DNA of 64,000 bases from NCBI RefSeq assembly GCF_001677475.2, contig NZ_CP015229.1. The stretch is one strand, 5' to 3'. A model generated the notes under the pieces. That model saw only the letters and a list, made by a program, of their open reading frames with translations, ran no database searches and had not been told where the DNA came from. The DNA is from Escherichia coli. GTDB taxonomy: Bacteria > Pseudomonadota > Gammaproteobacteria > Enterobacterales > Enterobacteriaceae. Positions 20,737 to 34,198 of this stretch are shown here, one piece after another; within the stretch, counting starts at the first letter, position 1, and each line of letters starts with the position of its first letter. The translations under genes were made by a program, and so were the position numbers.

Positions 20737-20960
20737 AATTTCTCGCTCAATATTTTGTAGGGCTTATTATTTTTTTCCGAGCCGCATCAAGGCGATATGC
20801 GGTCTACGTTTTTGCAGGCGAGTTATTAGAATAAAGAAATGATACGCGCGAGGTCAGAGAAAATCTTCACAATCAAGACTTTGAAATAACGGAGATGGAT
20901 AAGAATTTTCTACTAAATTAATCGCAAGAGAATATTCATTCTCTATTTGCGGCAGATCAC

Positions 20961-20986
20961 AAAAAAAAGGTGCACATTTGTGCACC
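20961..20986 (-). terminator. Intrinsic terminator of the tdc operon (after tdcG)
   Basis: Minus-strand hairpin ggtgcacaaatgtgcacc followed by an 8 nt U-run. Confidence 0.8.
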
Positions 20987-21010
20987 CAAGGATGAAAGCT
21001 GACAGCAATG

Positions 21011-22375
21011 TCAGCCGCAGACCACTTTAATGGCCAGTCCTCCGCGTGATGTTTCGCGGTATTTATCGTTCATATCTTTGCCGGTTTCATACATCGTCTC
21101 GATCACTTTATCGAGTGAAACACGCGGTGCCGAGGTGCGGCGCATCGCCATCCGCGCGGCGTTTACTGCTTTCACGGCATTAATGGCATTACGTTCAATG
21201 CACGGGATTTGTACCTGTCCAGCAACCGGATCGCAGGTCAGCCCAAGGTTATGCTCCATCGCGATTTCCGCCGCATTGCATACCTGCGCCGGACTGCCGC
21301 CCAGTAGTTCAGTTAACCCTGCCGCCGCCATTGAACAGGCCACGCCAATCTCCCCCTGACAGCCGACCTCCGCGCCAGAGATGGAGGCGTTCATTTTATA
21401 CAGCGCGCCAATAGCCCCGGCTGCAAGAAAATAGCGGGCAATTGACCGCTCGTTTACCGGGCGACGGAACTTATCGTAATAAGCCAGCACTGCCGGAATA
21501 ATGCCGCACGCACCGTTAGTCGGTGCCGTTACCACACGCCCGCCAGCTGCGTTTTCTTCACTAACCGCCAGCGCGTACATATTGATCCAGTCGATGACAT
21601 TCATCGGATCGTTAGAGATGTTATCGCTGGAAACCAGCTGACGACGCAGCGCTACGGCACGACGCGGCACATTGAGCGGACCAGGCAGCACGCCTTCAGT
21701 GTTCATCCCGCGTTCAATACCGTCATGCATCACTTGCCAGATACGGGCAAACCCTGCGTCAATTTCCGCTTTGCTGCGCAGCGCCAGCTCGTTGTGCATC
21801 ATCAGGCCAGATATAGACAGGCCGTTGTAATCACACATTTTCAGCAGTTCACCTGCTGAGTGGAAATCGTAAGGTACGGACGTTTCGACATCGTGCGACA
21901 GGCCGAAGTGTTCTTCTTCGACAATAAACCCGCCGCCGACAGAGTAATAGGTTTTACTTAATAGCGCTTCCTGTCCCTTCCAGGCAGTGATCCGCATTCC
22001 GTTCTCATGGCGAGGCAACATTTCGGGATGGAAGATAATGTTCTTTGCTACAGGAAAATCAACAATATGCGCACCAGATGCCACTGGCAGCCGCCCGCTG
22101 CGCGTTACTAACTCTATAAATGCAGGGATCTCATCAATGACAACATCCTGCGGACTGTTTCCTGCCAGTCCCATGATAATGGCGACATCCGTGGCATGGC
22201 CTTTGCCCGTCAGTGACAACGACCCGTACAGATCGACCACAATATGGCTCGTCGCGGTTAATAAGCCGCTACTTTCCAGCCGATCAATAAAACTTTTTCC
22301 GGCATTCATTGGCCCCACGGTATGCGAACTGGAGAGACCAATCCCAATTTTGAAAATATCGAATGCACTAATCAT
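21011..22375 (-). CDS. tdcG: L-serine dehydratase TdcG, 454 aa
   Basis: [39 protein letters not shown]...; Fe-S serine dehydratase family. Confidence 0.92.
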   Translation of the reverse strand: MISAFDIFKIGIGLSSSHTVGPMNAGKSFIDRLESSGLLTATSHIVVDLYGSLSLTGKGHATDVAIIMGLAGNSPQDVVIDEIPAFIELVTRSGRLPVASGAHIVDFPVAKNIIFHPEMLPRHENGMRITAWKGQEALLSKTYYSVGGGFIVEEEHFGLSHDVETSVPYDFHSAGELLKMCDYNGLSISGLMMHNELALRSKAEIDAGFARIWQVMHDGIERGMNTEGVLPGPLNVPRRAVALRRQLVSSDNISNDPMNVIDWINMYALAVSEENAAGGRVVTAPTNGACGIIPAVLAYYDKFRRPVNERSIARYFLAAGAIGALYKMNASISGAEVGCQGEIGVACSMAAAGLTELLGGSPAQVCNAAEIAMEHNLGLTCDPVAGQVQIPCIERNAINAVKAVNAARMAMRRTSAPRVSLDKVIETMYETGKDMNDKYRETSRGGLAIKVVCG

Positions 22376-22446
22376 ATCCACACCCTCGGATTGCCGTTCA
22401 GTGAAGTGGAGCGGAACGACCTTGCGACCATCCCGCTCACGAGGCT

Positions 22447-22836
22447 TTACGCACTACGTACTGCGATGGCTTCAATTTCCAGCTTCACATCTTTCGGCAA
22501 ACGCGCGACCTGCACACAGCTCCGGGTCGGGTAGGTCGCCTGATGCTCATCGAAGAACTGCTTATAGACTTCATTGATGGTGGCAAAATCATTCAGATCG
22601 GTGATGAACACGGTCATCTTGATGATATCACCCACGCTCAGCCCGGCAGCAACCACGATCGCTTTGACGTTTTCGAGGCTTAAACGCGCCTGATCTTGCA
22701 CATCAGCCGGGATCTCACCGGTCTGTGGGCAAACCGGAATTTGCCCGGAGGTGAAGACCATGCTGCCTAAATCAACGCCCTGAACATAAGGGCCGATTGC
22801 GCCTGGGGCACGTTGCGTTTCGATAATCTTTTTCAT
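22447..22836 (-). CDS. tdcF: Enamine/imine deaminase TdcF (RidA family), 129 aa
   Basis: ORF 22447..22899; start at MKKIIETQRAPGAIGPYVQGVDLG. Confidence 0.92.
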   Translation of the reverse strand: MKKIIETQRAPGAIGPYVQGVDLGSMVFTSGQIPVCPQTGEIPADVQDQARLSLENVKAIVVAAGLSVGDIIKMTVFITDLNDFATINEVYKQFFDEHQATYPTRSCVQVARLPKDVKLEIEAIAVRSA

Positions 22837-22849
22837 ACATCCTCCGGCG

Positions 22850-25144
22850 TCAGAGCGCCTGGGTAAAGGTACGTGAAATAACATCCTGTTGCTGTTCACG
22901 GGTCAGTGCGTTGAAGCGCACGGCGTAGCCAGAGACACGGATTGTCAGGTTAGGATATTTTTCCGGGTGCTCGATGGCATCCAGCAGCATTTCCCGATTC
23001 ATTACGTTGACGTTGAGGTGTTGACCGCCTTCGACATCCGCTTCGTGGTGGAAATACCCATCCAGCAGGCCGACAAGGTTGGTTTTACGTACTGGATCTT
23101 CTTTGCCCAGCGCCGCAGGCACGATCGAGAAGGTGTACGAGATCCCGTCTTTGGCGTAGGTGAACGGCAGTTTGGCCACCGACGTCAGCGAGGCTACCGC
23201 ACCTTTGCGGTCACGACCGTGCATCGGGTTAGCGCCCGGTGCGAACGGTGTACCCGCGCGACGACCGTCTGGCGTGTTACCGGTTTTCTGGCCGTACACC
23301 ACGTTAGAAGTGATAGTCAGAATCGACTGGGTGGGGACGGCGTTGCGATAGGTTGGCAGCGCTTTAATTTTCTTCATAAAGCGTTCAACCAGGTCGCAGG
23401 CAATACTGTCTACGCGCTCGTCGTTGTTGCCGTACTGCGGATATTCGCCGTCGATTTCAAAGTCCACCGCCAGGCCGTTTTCGTCACGGATTGGTTTCAC
23501 GCGGGCATATTTGATAGCGGACAGGGAGTCTGTTGCCACCGACAGGCCCGCGATGCCGCACGCCATCGTGCGATAGACATCACGATCGTGTAGCGCCATC
23601 AGCGAAGCTTCGTAGCTGTACTTGTCGTGCATGTAGTGAATGATATTCAGCGCGCTGATGTACTGCACCGCCAGCCAGTCCATGAAGTGATCGAGACTGT
23701 CCATCACTTTGTCGTAATCCAGCACGTCGTCCATCAGCGGTGCCATTTTCGGACCGACCTGAATCTTCAGCTTCTCATCCACCCCGCCGTTAATTGCGTA
23801 CAGCAGCGTTTTCGCCAGGTTAGCGCGTGCACCAAAGAACTGCATTTGCTTACCAATCACCATTGGGCTGACGCAGCAGGCAATCGCGTAATCGTCGCTG
23901 TTGAAGTCAGTGCGCATCAGATCGTCGTTTTCATACTGCAAGGAAGAGGTGACGATCGACACCTGCGCGGCATATTTTTTGAAGGCAATCGGTAATTCTT
24001 CCGACCAAAGAATGGTCAGGTTAGGTTCCGGTGCAGGCCCCATAGTGTGCAGGGTGTGCAAATAGCGGAAGGAGTTTTTGGTCACCAGCGTACGACCGTC
24101 CAGCCCCATCCCGCCGATCACTTCCGTCGCCCAGATGGGGTCGCCGGAGAACAGCGAATCAAATTCCGGTGTACGCAGGAAGCGTACCATACGGATCTTC
24201 ATGATGAAGTGATCGATCAGTTCCTGTGCCTGCTGCTCATTGAGGACGCCAGCTTTAAAGTCGCGCTCAATGTAGATATCGAGGAACGATGCCGTGCGCC
24301 CCAGCGACATCGCGCCGCCATTTTGCGATTTCACTGCCGCCAGATAAGCGAAGTAGAGCCACTGCACCGCTTCCTGTGCATTCTGCGCCGGGCGAGAGAT
24401 ATCAAAGCCATATTTCGCCGCCATTTCCTGAATCTGCAACAGCGCATGACGATGCTCTGCCAGCTCCTCACGCAGACGGATGGTGGCTTCCAGATCCTCG
24501 CCTTTTTCCAGACGAGACTGGAGATCGGCAAATTGCAGTTCGCGTTCACGTACCAGATAACTGATGCCATACAGCGCTACGCGGCGATAGTCACCGATAA
24601 TGCGCCCACGGCCATAGCCATCTGGTAAACCGGTCAGCACGCCAGATTTACGGCAGCGCAGCATATCCGGTGAGTAAACATCAAATACACCCTGGTTATG
24701 GGTTTTACGCAGATCGGTAAACAGATATTCAAATTCACTGTCCATTTCACGGCCATAGGCGTGGAATGAACTTTTAATCATATTAATGCCACCGAACGGA
24801 TGCAGCGCACGCTTTAATGGCGCATCCGTTTGCAGGCCCACTATTTTTTCCAGCGGCTGGTTAATATATCCCGCATCATGAGCGGTAATGGTGGTAGCAA
24901 TATTAGTATCGAAATCAACCGGCGCGTGGGTTGCGTTTTCGATACGAATGCCTTCCATCACTTTTTCCCACAATTCCGTGGTGGCTGGCGTCGCTTCGGC
25001 GAGAAAAGATTCATCACCTTCATACGGTGTATAGTTATGTTGAATAAAATCGCGGACATTAATTTCGTTTTTCCAGTCCGTACCTTTAAAGCCAAGCCAT
25101 GCGTCGGCGTACAGCTTATCGCTGGTATCAATATCTACCTTCAT
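22850..25144 (-). CDS. tdcE: 2-ketobutyrate/pyruvate formate-lyase TdcE, 764 aa
   Basis: Glycyl-radical enzyme with C-terminal RVSGYAVRF motif; [21 protein letters not shown]... Confidence 0.93.
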   Translation of the reverse strand: MKVDIDTSDKLYADAWLGFKGTDWKNEINVRDFIQHNYTPYEGDESFLAEATPATTELWEKVMEGIRIENATHAPVDFDTNIATTITAHDAGYINQPLEKIVGLQTDAPLKRALHPFGGINMIKSSFHAYGREMDSEFEYLFTDLRKTHNQGVFDVYSPDMLRCRKSGVLTGLPDGYGRGRIIGDYRRVALYGISYLVRERELQFADLQSRLEKGEDLEATIRLREELAEHRHALLQIQEMAAKYGFDISRPAQNAQEAVQWLYFAYLAAVKSQNGGAMSLGRTASFLDIYIERDFKAGVLNEQQAQELIDHFIMKIRMVRFLRTPEFDSLFSGDPIWATEVIGGMGLDGRTLVTKNSFRYLHTLHTMGPAPEPNLTILWSEELPIAFKKYAAQVSIVTSSLQYENDDLMRTDFNSDDYAIACCVSPMVIGKQMQFFGARANLAKTLLYAINGGVDEKLKIQVGPKMAPLMDDVLDYDKVMDSLDHFMDWLAVQYISALNIIHYMHDKYSYEASLMALHDRDVYRTMACGIAGLSVATDSLSAIKYARVKPIRDENGLAVDFEIDGEYPQYGNNDERVDSIACDLVERFMKKIKALPTYRNAVPTQSILTITSNVVYGQKTGNTPDGRRAGTPFAPGANPMHGRDRKGAVASLTSVAKLPFTYAKDGISYTFSIVPAALGKEDPVRKTNLVGLLDGYFHHEADVEGGQHLNVNVMNREMLLDAIEHPEKYPNLTIRVSGYAVRFNALTREQQQDVISRTFTQAL

Positions 25145-25177
25145 GAAAAATAATCTCTCTACAATACTTCAACTAAA

Positions 25178-26386
25178 TTATGCAAATTCTGCGGGCGCGT
25201 TCACTTTGCCTAAATGAATGGCATCCAAAGCAATCATTTTTTCTTCGTTGGTTGGGATAACGGCGCAAATGACACGCGCATTTTCACTGGAAACAATTCG
25301 CTCTCCACAGGAGTTAGAGCGATTATTCATTTCTGTATCAATCTCTACGCCTAATACAGCCAAATGTTCCATGACCAGACGACGAATTAAACTTGAATTT
25401 TCTCCTATTCCGCCGGTGAATATAATTCCATCCAGGCGACGTAATGAGGCTGCGTGTCCGGCAATATGACGGGCAATTCGGTGAACAAAGGTTTTAATTG
25501 CCAGTTGCGCGCGTTCGTGACCTTCATGCCAGGCTTTTTCCAGAACACGTAAATCCGAAGAAAGACCGGAAATACCTAATAACCCCGACTCTTTATTCAC
25601 TACGCGTTCCAGGTCACCCAGGCTCTGGTTGGTTTGGCTGGCGACCCAGGACATCGCACCAAAGTCGACATCACCACTGCGGGTACCCATCATCAAGCCT
25701 TCCAGCGGCGTCATTCCCATTGAAGTGTCAACACTCTGACCGTTGCGAACTGCGCAGATTGACGCGCCATTGCCAAGATGCGCCACAACCAGGCCGGAGT
25801 CATCTTCCGCCAGATTCAGCAAAGAATGTGCGCGCTGGGAAACATAGCGGTGCGACGTGCCGTGGAAACCATAACGGCGTACACCTAACTCTTCATAATA
25901 TTTCCACGGCAGGCCGTATAAATAAGCTTCCGGAGCCATCGTCTGGTGGAAACTGGTATCAAATACCGCCACCTGAGTTACGCCAGGAAATAATTGCTGT
26001 GCCGATTCAATACCACTTAAATTGGCGTAATTATGCAGGGGTGCCAGTGGAGAAACGCGACGGATATTATCAATGACTTCATCGGTAATAATGGCAGACT
26101 CGGTAAAAATACTGCCGCCGTGAGCGATGCGGTGGCCAATTAAGGCCACACTGTCATTTAAATTCCGTTTTTCCAGTTCAAATGCAATTGCCTTCAATGC
26201 ACCTTCGTAGCTGTGGTGAGCCAGCGGTGCTGGCTCTCCCCCATTTACGGATAAGAATGCATTTTCCGAGTTAATACCGTCGGCAATACCTGACATTAAT
26301 ACTTCACAGTCGCTGGCATCGAGTACGGAAAACTTAATCGAAGACGAACCACAGTTAATAACCAAAACAACCGGAAATTCATTCAT
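25178..26386 (-). CDS. tdcD: Propionate/acetate kinase TdcD, 402 aa
   Basis: ORF 25178..26398; start at [23 protein letters not shown]. Confidence 0.92.
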   Translation of the reverse strand: MNEFPVVLVINCGSSSIKFSVLDASDCEVLMSGIADGINSENAFLSVNGGEPAPLAHHSYEGALKAIAFELEKRNLNDSVALIGHRIAHGGSIFTESAIITDEVIDNIRRVSPLAPLHNYANLSGIESAQQLFPGVTQVAVFDTSFHQTMAPEAYLYGLPWKYYEELGVRRYGFHGTSHRYVSQRAHSLLNLAEDDSGLVVAHLGNGASICAVRNGQSVDTSMGMTPLEGLMMGTRSGDVDFGAMSWVASQTNQSLGDLERVVNKESGLLGISGLSSDLRVLEKAWHEGHERAQLAIKTFVHRIARHIAGHAASLRRLDGIIFTGGIGENSSLIRRLVMEHLAVLGVEIDTEMNNRSNSCGERIVSSENARVICAVIPTNEEKMIALDAIHLGKVNAPAEFA

Positions 26387-26411
26387 CTCTTTTCTCATCC
26401 TGAGTTACGGA

Positions 26412-27746
<1,335 letters not shown>

Positions 27747-27764
27747 CTATCCTCAACGAATTAA

Positions 27765-28754
27765 TTAAGCGTCAACGAAACCGGTGATTTGAGAGACGCG
27801 AGAAAGATCGATATTGCCGCCGGAAATAATACTGACGGTTTTTCTGTTTTGAATATATTGGTCTAATTTACCGCTTAATAATGCAGCACATGCCAGAGCG
27901 CCTGCGCCTTCGGTGACGACTTTATTGCGCTGAATTAAGGCAATCATACTGTTTCTGATTTCGTCTTCGCTGACCAGCACGATGTCATCGACTAATTCAC
28001 GAACGATTTCGTAAGTTAAATTACCCGGGCGGGCGACATCACAACCATCCGCCAGGGTGCCGGTAGTTCGGTGCGTAGTTATTTCTCCGGAGTGGAAAGA
28101 AGCCGCCATGCCGTGAACGTTTTCTGACTGTACGCCAATAACACGAATGGTCGGGTTAATAGATTTAATTGCCACCGCAATACCAGCAATTAAACCGCCA
28201 CCACCAATTGGCACAATCACGTTATCGACATCATAGAGATCTTCCATAATTTCCAGACCAATCGTTCCCTGGCCAGCAATCACTTTCGGATCATCGTAAG
28301 GTGGGATAAAAATACGGCCTTCCATTTCGACAATTTCGCTCACTTTAGCGATAGTGTCGTTGAAGTTATCACCATGCAGAACGACTTCAGCGGAGTAGTC
28401 GCACGTTGCCGCTACTTTGGATTTTGGCGCACCTTTTGGCATCACCACTTTACCGTCGATACCCAGCATCGCGCAGGAGAGGGAAACCCCTTGCGCATGG
28501 TTGCCCGCAGAACAGGCCACCACGCCTTTGCGTTTTTCCGCATCGGTCAGTGAACTTAATTTATTAAATGCGCCACGAATTTTAAATGAACCCGTACGCT
28601 GCATATTTTCAAACTTCAGGAATATTTCACCTTTGCAACGTTCACTAAAATAGTTGGAGCGAGGCATGCCTGTTTTATAAATTCGCCCAGCCAGTCGTTG
28701 TTTCGCTTCAATAATGTCATCAATAGCAACCGGCAGATCGTATGTAATATGCAT
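27765..28754 (-). CDS. tdcB: Catabolic threonine dehydratase TdcB, 329 aa
   Basis: PLP-enzyme motif FKIRGAFNK; [29 protein letters not shown]... Confidence 0.93.
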   Translation of the reverse strand: MHITYDLPVAIDDIIEAKQRLAGRIYKTGMPRSNYFSERCKGEIFLKFENMQRTGSFKIRGAFNKLSSLTDAEKRKGVVACSAGNHAQGVSLSCAMLGIDGKVVMPKGAPKSKVAATCDYSAEVVLHGDNFNDTIAKVSEIVEMEGRIFIPPYDDPKVIAGQGTIGLEIMEDLYDVDNVIVPIGGGGLIAGIAVAIKSINPTIRVIGVQSENVHGMAASFHSGEITTHRTTGTLADGCDVARPGNLTYEIVRELVDDIVLVSEDEIRNSMIALIQRNKVVTEGAGALACAALLSGKLDQYIQNRKTVSIISGGNIDLSRVSQITGFVDA

Positions 28755-28852
28755 TATAAAACCTCTTCGCCTGAATTAAATATGTAGGTAACCGTAACCG
28801 ACACCTGCAAAACAGACAGGTGGATTATTTATGTTTAAATAAAAACAAATAA

Positions 28853-29791
28853 CTAACCAACTTCTATTAATTGCCTTCGTCTACACCCATTATAAGATGA
28901 ATACTCTTTGGCTAATTCCACCAAAACCGATGCTGCTTTTTTAATACGATAATTTTTCGACCATACCGCGGCATATTGTGCCACAGGTAATGTTTCTTCA
29001 ACCGGAATAGTAATAAATTGATTAGAACCAAAAGGTGACGTCATATCACAAGGAATTACAGTTAAGAAATCAGCATTGAGAACAAGATTATAAATTGTCA
29101 CGACTGAGTCGGTTTTAACGATGTTTTCAATACTGATGCCATTTCTTTGTAACGTAGTAAGCAGTTCGCTGTAGTACCCCATATTAGTTTGTGGCAACAC
29201 CCACTGTTCGTTCTTCAACGACTCCAGCGTGGTGGTGCCGGTGCATGTTCGGGACTTACTGGCTACCAGTACAAACTCGGACTCAAACAGCGGCTCAACA
29301 TGTAAATCCTGAAGCTTCATTTCTGCACTTAACGTACCAATCGCAAAATCCAGTCGACCGTCGCGGATTGCCGGTAAGAACGAAGACAGTTGCGCTTCAT
29401 ACATAGAAACCTGCGCTTTCGGGAACACCTCTTTGAACTTGTTGATCATCCCTGACATAAAAGTAAAACCAATCAATGAAGGAAAACCAAATGAAACTTC
29501 CACCACCGCCTCAGAAGACATACCGCTTATCTCATTAACCATATTTTTCATTTCACGGGTAATGGATTCGGAACGGGAGAGTAACAATTGACCGGCATGT
29601 GTTAATGTTACACCGGTATTTTTCCGCACCACTAATTCCACACCAAAATAATCTTCAATATCGTTAATGATTTTACTGACGGCTGGTTGAGTTAACCCTA
29701 ATTCTTTTGCAGCCGAGCCGATAGAGCCACTTCTAATGACTTCCTGAAAGACTACCAGGTGCTGCGTTTTCGGAAGAAGAATAGTGCTCAT
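28853..29791 (-). CDS. tdcA: LysR-family activator TdcA, 312 aa
   Basis: MSTILLPKTQHLVVFQEVIRSGSIGSAAKELGLTQPAVSKIINDIEDYFG. Confidence 0.92.
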   Translation of the reverse strand: MSTILLPKTQHLVVFQEVIRSGSIGSAAKELGLTQPAVSKIINDIEDYFGVELVVRKNTGVTLTHAGQLLLSRSESITREMKNMVNEISGMSSEAVVEVSFGFPSLIGFTFMSGMINKFKEVFPKAQVSMYEAQLSSFLPAIRDGRLDFAIGTLSAEMKLQDLHVEPLFESEFVLVASKSRTCTGTTTLESLKNEQWVLPQTNMGYYSELLTTLQRNGISIENIVKTDSVVTIYNLVLNADFLTVIPCDMTSPFGSNQFITIPVEETLPVAQYAAVWSKNYRIKKAASVLVELAKEYSSYNGCRRRQLIEVG

Positions 29792-30105
29792 AACGACCTA
29801 CGTTAATTACCTCATTGACGGCATGAAGTGTATCAAAATGAAATGAACAGGATATGTGCGACCACTCACAAATTAACTTTCAATACTTTCCAGGGTATCG
29901 TTATTACAATTAAATACCTTTAAATATCAACAAGTTAAAGTATAAAAATCAGCATAAAGCCTGATTTTTGTCAAAAAAAATGACGGGGATAACCATATTT
30001 TATGGCGATAACATCATTCGTTATGTGGTTAATACAAAAAAGGGGCTGAGACCATATTTCAAGCAATTACCGGATAATTACCAGGCAAAATTTGAGTTAA
30101 ATTTA

Positions 30106-30324
30106 ATGAGCAAGTTCTCAAATTTTATTATAAATAAACCATTTTCAGCGATAAATAATGCGGCACGTCACATTTTTTCACGCTATTTGTTGGAGAACAA
30201 ACATTTATTTTATCAATATTTTAAAATTTCGAATACAGATATTGATCATCTCGAACAATTGATTAACGTCAACTTTTTCTCTTCTGACAGGACGTCATTT
30301 TGTGAATGCAATCGTTTTCCATAA
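30106..30324 (+). CDS. tdcR: Small regulator TdcR, 72 aa
   Basis: ORF 29968..30324; start at MSKFSNFIINKPFSAINNAARHIFSRYLLENKHL gives the 72 aa form; divergent from tdcA; start not certain. Confidence 0.65.
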   Translation: MSKFSNFIINKPFSAINNAARHIFSRYLLENKHLFYQYFKISNTDIDHLEQLINVNFFSSDRTSFCECNRFP

Positions 30325-30549
30325 ATTCTTCTCCCCTCACAGGCGACGAATAGCATTTTGTGTTGAGGATCACAAAACGAATAATTGCTGGTCGCTGCGA
30401 TAAGGTCAGACAAAGACAACAAGGGGAATTTTCACAGAGCTTTTGATCGGCGTAGGCCACAGAATGTTGCTTCGTTTACTGTAACGCCGGGTAAATGAGC
30501 GTTTTTTGATAGTGCGAAAGAACCCTGCGAGGAAAATAAGCATCTATTA

Positions 30550-31119
30550 TTGTTTGTCATGATGACAAGGCAGGCATCAATGAAAGGCTTCCCAATTGCA
30601 CATATTTTTCACCCTTCAATCCCGCCAATGCACGCAGTGGTTAACAATCACAATAGAAATATTGATTATTGGACGGTAAAAAGAAAGTTTGCAGAAATTG
30701 TCTCCACCAATGACGTTAATAAAATATACAGTATAAGTAATGAACTGCGGAGAGTATTATCTGCAATTACTGCATTGAATTTCTATCAAGGCGATGTTCC
30801 TTCTGTCATGATCCGAATCCAACCGGAAAATATGAGTCCATTCATCGTAAATATTTCTACAGGAGAACATGACGATTATATCATACAAACATTAGATGTA
30901 GGCACTTTTGCACCTTTTGGCGAACAATGTACTTGCTCAGCCGTCAATCAAAAAGAGCTGGAATGTATTAAGGAGACGATTTCTAAGTATTGTGCAAAAT
31001 TCACCCGAAAAGAAGCCATCTTAACCCCCTCTGCGTACTTTAATAAAACCTGCATTACTTCAGGTTGTTGGCAAATTCTCTATTTTTCACCCGATCATTT
31101 TAATAATGATTTTTATTGA
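30550..31119 (+). CDS. yhaB: Uncharacterised protein YhaB
   Basis: 189 aa ORF in an AT-rich block; start ambiguous (MFVMMTRQ vs MKGF); recognised by position and sequence. Confidence 0.7.
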   Translation: MFVMMTRQASMKGFPIAHIFHPSIPPMHAVVNNHNRNIDYWTVKRKFAEIVSTNDVNKIYSISNELRRVLSAITALNFYQGDVPSVMIRIQPENMSPFIVNISTGEHDDYIIQTLDVGTFAPFGEQCTCSAVNQKELECIKETISKYCAKFTRKEAILTPSAYFNKTCITSGCWQILYFSPDHFNNDFY

Positions 31120-31140
31120 TTATTTATAAAGGATAAAATA

Positions 31141-32328
31141 ATGTTCCCTGTTTCATCAATTGGTAATGATATTAGTAGTGATTTAGTCCGTCGAAAAATA
31201 AATGACCTTCCTGGAAGCCCCATAGAAAATAACCTCGAAGCACTAGCACCAGGTATAGAAAAACTAAAACAGACCTCTATTGAAATGGTCACTTTACTTA
31301 ACGCATTACAACCAGGTGGGAAATGTGTTATCACTGGTGATTTTCAAAAAGAATTAGCGTACTTACAGAATGTAATTCTTTATAATGACTCGTCTCTTCG
31401 TATGGATTTTTTAGGTTATAACGCCCGAATTATCCAACGATCGGACAATACCTGTGCACTTACAATTAATGAACCGTTAAAAAACCAGGAAATATCTACA
31501 GGCAATATCAATGTTAATTGTCCATTAAAATATATTTACAATGAAATCAGGAGGTTAAGCGTAATCTTTAGTTGTGGAACTGGAGATATAGTTGATCTAT
31601 CCTCTCTGGACTTACGTAATGTCGATTTAGATTATTATGATTTCACAGATAAACATATGGCTAATACTATTTTAAATCCTTTTAAATTGGATTCAACAAA
31701 TTTTACTAATGCCAACATGTTTCAGGTTAATTTTGTTAGTTCAACACAAAACGCCACAATCTCCTGGGATTATTTACTAAAAATAACACCTGTTTTAACA
31801 AGCATTAGCGATATGTATTCTGAAGAAAAAATTAAGTTTGTCGAAAGTTGTTTAAATGAGCTTGGAGATATTACCGAAGAACAATTAAAAATTATGAGAT
31901 TTGCAATTATAAAATCTATACCAAGAGCAACTCTTACAGATAAATTAGAAAATGAATTAACAAAAGAAATATATAAAAGCTCATCGAAAATCAACAATTT
32001 CTTGAACAGGATTAAATTACCAGAGATGATAGATTTCTCATCAGAAAAAATACATAATTATATCGACATAATCATTGAAGATTATGAGAACATCAAAGAA
32101 AATGCTTATCTTGTCATTCCCAAAATTAATTATACTATAGATTTAAACATAGAAGACTCTAGCTCAGAAGAGTTACTTTCAGATAATGCCATCGAGAAAG
32201 ACGAAAATTCTCCGGACAATGGTTTTGAGGTCGGGGAATATAACACATATGAAGCATATAACTCAGAGAAGCAATATTTTACCAGAGAGGACTATACGTA
32301 TGATTACGACCTTTTAAATGCAATATAG
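31141..32328 (+). CDS. yhaC: Uncharacterised protein YhaC, 395 aa
   Basis: AT-rich ORF MFPVSSIGNDISSDLVRRKINDLPG...; contains a short pentapeptide-repeat-like stretch. Confidence 0.8.
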   Translation: MFPVSSIGNDISSDLVRRKINDLPGSPIENNLEALAPGIEKLKQTSIEMVTLLNALQPGGKCVITGDFQKELAYLQNVILYNDSSLRMDFLGYNARIIQRSDNTCALTINEPLKNQEISTGNINVNCPLKYIYNEIRRLSVIFSCGTGDIVDLSSLDLRNVDLDYYDFTDKHMANTILNPFKLDSTNFTNANMFQVNFVSSTQNATISWDYLLKITPVLTSISDMYSEEKIKFVESCLNELGDITEEQLKIMRFAIIKSIPRATLTDKLENELTKEIYKSSSKINNFLNRIKLPEMIDFSSEKIHNYIDIIIEDYENIKENAYLVIPKINYTIDLNIEDSSSEELLSDNAIEKDENSPDNGFEVGEYNTYEAYNSEKQYFTREDYTYDYDLLNAI

Positions 32329-32547
32329 ACTTAATAACTTCTTACAAAGTCTATTATTAATACCGTAGATATTCATGCATCTTACCCTGTGCACCAAAAG
32401 CAAAAACTTATCGACGCGGTTTTTTACGTACATCAGGTGAAACTGACCGATAAGCCGCTTTCTTTTGGGTATAGTGTCGTGGACAGTCATTCATCTTTCT
32501 GCCCCTCCAAAAGCAAAAACCCGCCGAAGCGGGTTTTTACGTAAATC

Positions 32548-32924
<377 letters not shown>

Positions 32925-32960
32925 GGCGCGCAGTATAGAGGGTTTGCGCGCCCTTGTCAC
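32925..32960 (-). promoter_or_regulatory. rnpB promoter (-35 GTGACA, 17 bp spacer, -10 TATACT)
   Basis: Hexamers placed 7 nt upstream of the mature 5' end; the -35 overlaps the garK stop codon. Confidence 0.7.
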
Positions 32961-34102
32961 CCCGCGTTGCGCATTCCAATCGCCAGTGTCGCGGCGATAT
33001 TACGTGAAGCACGGCAGATATTGTCATAAGCCCCGCGGAATGCTTCGTCCAACGTACCAATGCTGGTCAGTACGCTGAAGACCGCATCAATGCCATGCTG
33101 ATGTACAACGCCAACATCATCGGTCAGGCTACCCGCAATGCCAATCACCGGTTTATGGTACTTCTTCGCCACGTTTGCGACGCCAATCGGTACCTTGCCG
33201 TGAATACTCTGGCTGTCAATACGCCCTTCACCGGTGATCACCAGCGTACAATCGTGAATATGTTCCTCCAGATTCAGCGCCGTAGTGACGATTTCAATAC
33301 CACTTTTCAGTTCCGCACCAAGAAACGCCATCAGCGCCGCGCCCATACCGCCCGCAGCTCCTGCGCCGGGGACATCTTTCACATCAACATGCAGCGCTTT
33401 TTTAATGACATCGGCATAGTGAGAGAGGTTATTGTCCAGCTCGACAATCATCGCTTCACTGGCTCCCTTTTGTGGGCCAAAGATGCGCGATGCGCCGTTA
33501 TCGCCCACCAGCGGATTGGTGACATCACAAGCGACACGAATGGCGCAATCTTTTAAGCGCGGATCGAGGCCGGAAATATCAATATCATTCAGAGTATTAA
33601 GGCTACCACCGCCAAAACCAATTTCATTGCCGTTGGCGTCGCATAATTTCGCCCCCAGCGCCTGTACCATGCCTGCGCCGCCATCATTTGTGGCGCTGCC
33701 GCCAATGCCGATAATAATGTTTGTCGCGCCGCTCTCCAGCGCCTGCAGGATTAACTCGCCTGTGCCGCGTGAAGTGGTCACGAGTGGATCGCGTTTTTCC
33801 GCAGGTACCAGTTCCAGCCCACTGGCCGCCGCCATTTCAATAAACGCGGTTTTGCCATCGCCGGAGATCCCCCAACTGGCATTCACTTTCTCGCCCAGCG
33901 GCCCTGTAACCCAGGCGTGACGTTCGGAACCCTGGGTGGCTGCAATCATCGCTTCCACCGTTCCTTCGCCACCGTCGGCAACCGGAACAGAAACGTACTG
34001 TGCATCAGGAAAAATTTCCCGAAATCCTTTTTCTATCGCCTGCGCAACCTCGCTGGCAGATAAACTTTCTTTATAAGAGTCTGGGGCGATTACGATTTTC
34101 AT
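32957..34102 (-). CDS. garK: Glycerate 2-kinase GarK, 381 aa
   Basis: ORF 32957..34183; start at MKIVIAPDSYKESLSASEVAQAIEKGF. Confidence 0.92.
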   Translation of the reverse strand: MKIVIAPDSYKESLSASEVAQAIEKGFREIFPDAQYVSVPVADGGEGTVEAMIAATQGSERHAWVTGPLGEKVNASWGISGDGKTAFIEMAAASGLELVPAEKRDPLVTTSRGTGELILQALESGATNIIIGIGGSATNDGGAGMVQALGAKLCDANGNEIGFGGGSLNTLNDIDISGLDPRLKDCAIRVACDVTNPLVGDNGASRIFGPQKGASEAMIVELDNNLSHYADVIKKALHVDVKDVPGAGAAGGMGAALMAFLGAELKSGIEIVTTALNLEEHIHDCTLVITGEGRIDSQSIHGKVPIGVANVAKKYHKPVIGIAGSLTDDVGVVHQHGIDAVFSVLTSIGTLDEAFRGAYDNICRASRNIAATLAIGMRNAG

Positions 34103-34198
34103 ACCTATGCCTGTTACCACATGACGCCGGAGGGCGTTTCTCTTATTCGGCCTGGATTCCAGGCCCGGATTGCAATACGCCATCCGGGCACGACGTCA

